This document shows positions 58,391 through 64,000 of a stretch of 64,000 nt of DNA, piece after piece. Origin of the DNA: an uncultured Bacillales bacterium (lineage in GTDB: Bacteria > Bacillota_I > Bacilli_A > RF39 > UBA660). Positions within the stretch are counted from its first letter, which is position 1. Each line of letters starts with the position of its first letter. The notes under the pieces were generated by a model. It saw only the letters and a list, made by a program, of their open reading frames with translations, was not told the origin of the DNA and did not search any database. Position numbers and translations under genes: made by a program. The stretch is from positions 40,648-104,647 of the forward strand of contig CANOBK010000006.1 in the NCBI GenBank assembly GCA_947564265.1. Reading direction: 5' to 3'.

Positions 58391-59539
58391 CTATTCTACT
58401 ATTTCTTTTGGAATCGATTCTAAAAAGAATTCATCAGTCATTCCTGAAATGTAATCAATCGCAATTCTTTTAGGATCCGTATGTTCTAAATATTCATGGC
58501 TGGCATCTTTTAAATAAAGTTTATAAATATCACTTTCTTGATTATTCGTTTTGATATCTTGTAAGCACTGCTGATAAAGGAGATTCATTTTCTCTTCATA
58601 GAATGCCAACTGCTCTTTGGTATTTGCCTTTTTATAAATATTTTTATAGTTAAATTCTTTTAATTCAAATAATGCCTCAAAGACTTGACTACTCATTTTA
58701 ATGTATGGTTTTCCTAAGCTATTTTCTATAATATCATGGATCAAGGTATTCACAATATTGCGATTCTCAGTTCCCAGAACTTTCCTTATTTTTTCTGGAA
58801 TATCTTCTCGTTGAATTACTCCGATTTCAATAGCGTCTTCAATATCTCTTCCAATATAACCAATGATATCACTAATCCGAACGACACATCCCTCCAGTGT
58901 CATAGGGCGAACTTGTTTCAATGTTTTTTCATTCTGATAACAGTTCTTATACTCTTCTAAAAAGGATTCTTTCGTTTTTGATTCAGGATGATAAACATTC
59001 GATAATAATTCTCCATTATGACAAAGGATTCCATCTAAAACTTGAATGGTAAGATTACAACCTAATTGATTGTTTTCTATATCCTTATAGACACGTACTC
59101 CTTGAACATTGTGTGCAAAAATTTCTCCTAATTCTCTTCTAGAGATTCTATCAAGAATCGCTTCTCCTACATGTCCAATCGGTGTATGTCCAATATCATG
59201 TCCTAACGCAATTGCTTCAATTAAGTCCTCGTTTAAGTTCAAAGATCTTCCAATCGTTCGCGCAATTTTACTTACTAGTTGTACATGGACAATTCGTTTA
59301 CTTAAGTGATCATTTTTGGAAAAGGAAAAGACTTGTGTTTTATTTAGATATCTCGTATAAGAACGCGCATGAATAATTCGGTCTGTATCATGATAAAATG
59401 GAGGTCTTATCTCTTCACTATCGTCTTCTTCTTTCATACGAATTGCTTGTTCTGAAAGACAGGCATATTCACTGAGTAACGATTCTTTTTTTAAGAAATT
59501 CTTTTTTACTTCATTTAACATTAATGTGTTCATTTCCAC
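58391..59539 (-). CDS. dgt: Deoxyguanosinetriphosphate triphosphohydrolase-like HD protein
   Basis: RIIHARSYTRYLNKTQVF, RIVHVQLV, ALGHDIGHTPIGHVGE, HNVQG, DGILCHNG, DIIGYIGRDIEDA, DYISGMTD. Confidence 0.88.
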   Translation of the reverse strand: MEMNTLMLNEVKKNFLKKESLLSEYACLSEQAIRMKEEDDSEEIRPPFYHDTDRIIHARSYTRYLNKTQVFSFSKNDHLSKRIVHVQLVSKIARTIGRSLNLNEDLIEAIALGHDIGHTPIGHVGEAILDRISRRELGEIFAHNVQGVRVYKDIENNQLGCNLTIQVLDGILCHNGELLSNVYHPESKTKESFLEEYKNCYQNEKTLKQVRPMTLEGCVVRISDIIGYIGRDIEDAIEIGVIQREDIPEKIRKVLGTENRNIVNTLIHDIIENSLGKPYIKMSSQVFEALFELKEFNYKNIYKKANTKEQLAFYEEKMNLLYQQCLQDIKTNNQESDIYKLYLKDASHEYLEHTDPKRIAIDYISGMTDEFFLESIPKEIVE

Positions 59540-59555
59540 TCCTTCATATTTACAA

Positions 59556-61169
59556 TTATGAATTTTGATTTCTAATCTCGATTACCTCTTTGTTTTCTAA
59601 ATATTCATCATAAGGAATCCTACGATCAATCACGCCATTTTTTGGTAGAATTTCAATGATACGATTGGCAATCGTTTCTATAAACTGATGGTCGTGAGAG
59701 GCAAATAATACTTCAGAATTATATTTGATTAATCCATTGTTTAGAGAAGTAATAGTTTCTAGATCTAAATGGTTAGTTGGTTCATCTAAAATTAACATAT
59801 TACTTGCTTCTAACATACATTTTGAAAGCATACAACGAGCTTTTTCACCTCCTGATAAGACAGGAACTTTTTTAAATACATCCTCTCCAGAAAACAACAT
59901 TCTACCTAAGAAACCACGAAGAACCGTTTCATCATCAATTCGATAATATTGTCCAATCCATTCCATAATAGTTTGATCTTTTTTGAAATATTCACTGTTA
60001 TCTTGTGGAAAGTAACTCTTCGTAATGGTTTTTCCCCAAACCACTTCTCCTTGATCGGGTTCCATTTCTCCCATTAGGATTTTAAAAAGAGTCGTTTTCG
60101 CAATATCATCACTTCCAACAAAGGCTACTTTATCCCCTTTTAAAATAGAGAACGAAACGTTGTCTAATACTTTTCTTCCCTCAATGGTCTTCGTAACATT
60201 AGAAACGGTTAAGATTTCTTTTCCACTCACTTTTTCAGGAGTAAAATCAATATAAGGATATTTTCTAGAAGAAGGAACGATTTCATCTAATTCGATTTTT
60301 TCTAACATTTTCTTTCGACTAGTTGCTTGTTTACTTTTGGAAGCATTAGCTGAAAATCTCGCAATGAAATCTTGTAATTCTTTGATTTTTTCTTCTTTCT
60401 TTTTATTAGACTCTTTCATTTGTTTTAACGCTAATTGACTAGATTCATACCAAAAATCATAATTTCCAACATAAAGTTTAATTTTACTATAATCAATGTC
60501 TGCGATATGTGTACATACTTTATTTAAAAAGTGACGATCGTGACTGACTACTATCACAGTATTCTGATAATTAATTAGAAATTCTTCTAACCAACGAATC
60601 GCATCAATATCTAAGTTATTGGTAGGCTCATCTAATAAAAGAATATCTGGATTTCCAAAAAGTGCTTGCGCAAGTAATACTTTTACTTTTATCTTAGCAG
60701 GAACATCCTTCATTAAATTATAATGAAGATCTACTGGAATTCCTAAATTCGATAATAATTCTCCCGCTTCACTTTCTGCTTCCCAACCATTGAGTTCCAT
60801 GAAATCTGCTTCTAGTTCTGCAAGACGCATCCCATCTTCTTCGGTAAATTCTGTATGGGAATAGAGTTCTTCTTTTTCTTTACTGATTTGATATAGTTTT
60901 TCATTTCCCATGATAACTGTTTCCATAATGGTATTCTCATCATAGGCATAATGATCCTGTTTCAAAACAGATAAACGTTCCCCTTTAGAAATCATTACTT
61001 CCCCACTACTAGTTTCAATTTCACCACTTAACAATTTCAAAAAGGTACTTTTTCCTGCTCCATTGGCACCAATTAGTCCATAACAGTTACCTGCTGTGAA
61101 TTTAAGGTTCACATCTTCAAATAAAGTACGTTTTCCAAAACGTAAGGTTACATTCTTTGTTTGTATCAT
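59556..61169 (-). CDS. ABC-F family ATP-binding protein (YbiT/YkpA-like)
   Basis: Two ABC domains (GANGAGKST, LLDEPTNNLD, LSGGEKAR, ILDEPTNHLD) and no TM segments. Confidence 0.93.
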   Translation of the reverse strand: MIQTKNVTLRFGKRTLFEDVNLKFTAGNCYGLIGANGAGKSTFLKLLSGEIETSSGEVMISKGERLSVLKQDHYAYDENTIMETVIMGNEKLYQISKEKEELYSHTEFTEEDGMRLAELEADFMELNGWEAESEAGELLSNLGIPVDLHYNLMKDVPAKIKVKVLLAQALFGNPDILLLDEPTNNLDIDAIRWLEEFLINYQNTVIVVSHDRHFLNKVCTHIADIDYSKIKLYVGNYDFWYESSQLALKQMKESNKKKEEKIKELQDFIARFSANASKSKQATSRKKMLEKIELDEIVPSSRKYPYIDFTPEKVSGKEILTVSNVTKTIEGRKVLDNVSFSILKGDKVAFVGSDDIAKTTLFKILMGEMEPDQGEVVWGKTITKSYFPQDNSEYFKKDQTIMEWIGQYYRIDDETVLRGFLGRMLFSGEDVFKKVPVLSGGEKARCMLSKCMLEASNMLILDEPTNHLDLETITSLNNGLIKYNSEVLFASHDHQFIETIANRIIEILPKNGVIDRRIPYDEYLENKEVIEIRNQNS

Positions 61170-61280
61170 TCACTTACCTCCAAAACTATTCACAATTTTA
61201 CTATATTTCTAAAATTAATACAAGTAATCTCGACTATAATTTTTTAGAAGGAAAAAGCCAAATATAAATTTGACTACCCT

Positions 61281-62051
61281 TTATTCTTTTATTTTATAGT
61301 GATTCTTTAAAAATTGTTCTTGATAAAAATTGGTTTGTTCCATTAAATGAAGATAGGCAATTCTTTGATCCCCTTGTACTGTAACAAATTCTTTATGAAG
61401 TTTCGTCATCGTATTAGTAAAAACAAGGGTGACAAATGTTTGATCTAATCCCGTTTTCAATAAGTCTATATAAATCCCCTGATTCCGATTATAGTTTTGT
61501 GTATAATGCTCTAACATTAACTGTCCAAGATCTTGTTTAGATAATGATTTTAAAAAATTTAGGGCATTCTGATAGGCTAAATGAAAAATTTGAACTGGAA
61601 GAAGGTTTTCTTTGATAGAATCAATAATTACAGTCGTTAATTTTTTATACATGGAAGTTTCATAGTCACCGTCATACTCTACCTTTGTCAATTTTGCCAT
61701 TACTTCTTGTAACTGGTATAACTCTAAGTTTCCAGTAAAGGTATTCATGGCTTCCTCTAAGGAATCTCCTAAGCTAATCGATGATTCCAAACTTCTTACT
61801 ACAAACTCTTTTAAATTGTTAAGGGATTCCATCGTTACTTCTTTTCTTCGAATGATTTCGTTATAAAACCAACTAAGATCATCTGCCCTAGTGTACTGAA
61901 TAATCGTCGTTAATGGATTTAAATCTTTTTCGTTACACATACCTTGAATATCATTTCGGTAATTGTCCTGTTGATCTGTTAATCTCAACAATTCGTCTGT
62001 CATTCCTAGAAGATTAACTATTAGCTCCGCTCTTGACCCATATTTATGCAT
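61281..62051 (-). CDS. Hypothetical protein, paralog of 62044..62892
   Basis: Shares C-terminal motifs with the neighbouring gene (see findings). Confidence 0.65.
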   Translation of the reverse strand: MHKYGSRAELIVNLLGMTDELLRLTDQQDNYRNDIQGMCNEKDLNPLTTIIQYTRADDLSWFYNEIIRRKEVTMESLNNLKEFVVRSLESSISLGDSLEEAMNTFTGNLELYQLQEVMAKLTKVEYDGDYETSMYKKLTTVIIDSIKENLLPVQIFHLAYQNALNFLKSLSKQDLGQLMLEHYTQNYNRNQGIYIDLLKTGLDQTFVTLVFTNTMTKLHKEFVTVQGDQRIAYLHLMEQTNFYQEQFLKNHYKIKE

Positions 62052-62892
62052 CTTTCATGTCCTCACTTTTTTTCTTATTTTTTTGACTAGAGAAATGGTT
62101 TTCCTGATAAAAATCTGTTTGATAAATTCTACTCAATGCTTCTACTTTTTCTTCTGGCTTCTTAGTAAGAAATTCTTCTTCTAAAGTTTCTAGGACTTTT
62201 ACGAATGCGAGCGATTGCATTGAGTTTAATTTTACATTACTAGTAGAAGAAAATCCTCGTAAATAAAGCATTGAGTTTCGGTCATAATCAATTGTGAAAT
62301 GTTCTACGATTAAATCTCCTAATTGCTCACTAGATAACTTACTTAAATACTGTTTTACCTCAACCATAATAGCTGAAATATAATCTTTACTTTCTCTATG
62401 ATGTTCCATAGCGTAAAAAATACATTCTACAAAATCGTGATAGGTTGTTGCCTCATATTCTATATCATATTCTAAAGTAGTTAACTCTAATAATGTATTT
62501 AACACCTGATATAATTTTGTATCTTTTTCAATTAAAATCAGTGTTTTTTCTAATTGATTCAGTACCGATTGATATTCAGAACTTGGAGTAATTTTTAGTA
62601 GATGCTCAATACTATGAATGATTTTAGTAGTCTCTGAAGCACTCACTTTGTGCGCATTTAAATCTCCTATTATATTTGCTATGGTACAATTTATCGCAGC
62701 AGAATAAGGGTTTGGATTTGGTTCTTTCAATCTTTTGGCTACTTGAATTAAAGCATTACAGTTTTGTTTTGTAAAAATAGTTTGCTGTTCCACAAAATCG
62801 GTTAAAGTTTGCACTAATCTTTGTTCTAACTTTGTTATCTCTTGTTCCATGAAATTCGTTGTTTTAACCAACTTCCCCCTTTCCTTTTTCAA
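62044..62892 (-). CDS. Hypothetical protein, paralog of 61281..62051
   Basis: Shares C-terminal motifs with the neighbouring gene; 8-bp overlap. Confidence 0.65.
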   Translation of the reverse strand: MKKERGKLVKTTNFMEQEITKLEQRLVQTLTDFVEQQTIFTKQNCNALIQVAKRLKEPNPNPYSAAINCTIANIIGDLNAHKVSASETTKIIHSIEHLLKITPSSEYQSVLNQLEKTLILIEKDTKLYQVLNTLLELTTLEYDIEYEATTYHDFVECIFYAMEHHRESKDYISAIMVEVKQYLSKLSSEQLGDLIVEHFTIDYDRNSMLYLRGFSSTSNVKLNSMQSLAFVKVLETLEEEFLTKKPEEKVEALSRIYQTDFYQENHFSSQKNKKKSEDMKDA

Positions 62893-62940
62893 GTTCTCAT
62901 ATTATATCAAGAAATGAGAAAAATCGCAACCAATTTCATA

Positions 62941-62970
62941 AAAAAAGATGGATGATTTCTCATCCATCTT
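62941..62970 (-). terminator. Terminator after 62977..63321
   Basis: Perfect inverted repeat aagatggatga-tttc-tcatccatctt next to an A run. Confidence 0.75.
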
Positions 62971-62976
62971 CCCTCG

Positions 62977-63321
62977 TTAGGCTTCTTCTTCCTCTTTCTT
63001 TTCTTTTTCTTCCTTGATTTTCTTCTTTTTTCTACTTTCTTTTACGGTGTTCTTACTAAGTAAAAGTACAACAATCGCAAAAGAAGTAGGAAGAATTAAA
63101 AACATAATAATAGGAAATATCTGATTCATTCCTGCATATACAAAACAAGGAATCATACAAAATTCTACAATCACTAGAATCATGAGTATGAATAGAATTC
63201 TATCAATTAAATCTTTTCCTTTTTTCTTTTCTTTTTTGTTAGATTCCTCTTTTTCTCTTCTCGCTTCTCTTCTTCCTAACGTTTTTTCTTCTTTTTCCAT
63301 TTCTACTTCTTCGTTCTTCAT
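62977..63321 (-). CDS. Hypothetical two-TM membrane protein
   Basis: Charged N- and C-termini around two hydrophobic helices; AAGGGG SD. Confidence 0.6.
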   Translation of the reverse strand: MKNEEVEMEKEEKTLGRREARREKEESNKKEKKKGKDLIDRILFILMILVIVEFCMIPCFVYAGMNQIFPIIMFLILPTSFAIVVLLLSKNTVKESRKKKKIKEEKEKKEEEEA

Positions 63322-63332
63322 AATAGTCCCCT

Positions 63333-63968
63333 TTATATTAATTTTTCTAATTTTTTTACAAAATACTGATCCTTTTTTAGTTTTATATAACAGTATCCGC
63401 TAAATAAGATGCTTCCTACAAAGGCAATCAACATATCTTCCATTGTATCATCTACTCCTGTTAGTTTTACATATTGAGTATCTCCATTTAACAGTTTATC
63501 AGAAAAGAATTCAAAAAATTCCCAACAACTTGAAACACCTAAACCAAATAGGAGAATAAAGAAACAAGCGAATCCTCTTTTTTCTTTTCGAAGGAGTCCC
63601 TGTTTTTCTAAAAAAATACAAGCGACTACTCCACTGATCACTCCCGTTAAAAAGTGTGCTAGTAAATCAAACCAGGCAATTTTATGATACAATCCTAAAA
63701 TACTACCGAGTGCTAAGGAAACTAGGATAAATAGATAAAAGACAAATTGTAGTCCCTCTTTCATTTGATAATGAAATATCCTATCCAATAAATATGGTAC
63801 CATAATTATCGGAAGAATGCTAGCAGTAGTTAAAATTTTTGATAATGGCAATGATAAAAAATGGAAAATCAATTGGTAAAACATGACAACTAATAGACAG
63901 AAAACAAGGACATAATTAGCGATTGTAATCTTTTTCTTCAAGTTCTCTTCCCTCCATTTGACTGACAT
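63333..63968 (-). CDS. DUF2238/YjdF-like membrane protein
   Basis: WFDLLAHFLTG, SCWEFFEFF, DDTMEDML; multiple TM helices. Confidence 0.75.
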   Translation of the reverse strand: MSVKWREENLKKKITIANYVLVFCLLVVMFYQLIFHFLSLPLSKILTTASILPIIMVPYLLDRIFHYQMKEGLQFVFYLFILVSLALGSILGLYHKIAWFDLLAHFLTGVISGVVACIFLEKQGLLRKEKRGFACFFILLFGLGVSSCWEFFEFFSDKLLNGDTQYVKLTGVDDTMEDMLIAFVGSILFSGYCYIKLKKDQYFVKKLEKLI

Positions 63969-64000
63969 CTACTTGATTAATAATATCAAATTTCTTTTGA

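Noticed and set aside
58391-59539. dGTPase (and the HD protein at 49434) as DatZ/MazZ-like partners of the PurZ-like gene, or as a defence dGTPase
   Set aside because: They lie more than 30 kb away among housekeeping genes (greA, ABC-F, valS) and resemble common Firmicute chromosomal families; there is no positional link.
125-63403. Numerous 60-135 aa ORF-track entries antisense to long genes (e.g. 125..457, 1497..1691, 2759..3076, 4712..5116, 24054..24371, 26758..27015, 37722..38021, 39695..39979)
   Set aside because: They are shadow ORFs fully overlapping well-supported genes, with no SD and no recognisable motifs.

Overview
AT-rich, gene-dense chromosomal segment of a low-GC Firmicute (Bacilli-type gene order and standard code; an RF39/Erysipelotrichales-like gut lineage is an inference). 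Almost all genes lie on the minus strand. Core content: folD, a class III ribonucleotide reductase locus, tex, rubrerythrin, uvsE, tRNA-Cys(GCA), a three-gene CoA-activase/dehydratase cluster, the ireB-ruvX-DUF1292-mltG-trmR-U32-U32 block, rluD/lspA, valS with a Val T-box, spoVID/ysxE-like genes, lon, tig, greA, dGTPase and an ABC-F ATPase. Lineage-specific genes are interleaved among these. I saw no integrase, transposase, prophage or CRISPR array. Main observations: (1) a two-gene operon of a Ppx/GppA-like ASKHA phosphatase and an adenylosuccinate-synthetase homologue with PurZ-type signatures (GSCGKG rather than GDEGKG; NF-x-E rather than TKLD), in a non-phage context and interrupted by one in-frame TAA; (2) a perfect sigma-A promoter with a G10 tract inside its 17-bp spacer, upstream of a VWA/26-residue-repeat surface protein, a candidate phase-variation switch; (3) an R-S-E ADP-ribosyltransferase-like domain fused to a metallophosphoesterase; (4) an NrdD split so that the glycyl-radical motif sits on a separate 57-aa peptide missed by the ORF track; (5) a Val T-box with two unrelated genes inserted before valS. 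All family assignments come from motif recognition, not database searches.
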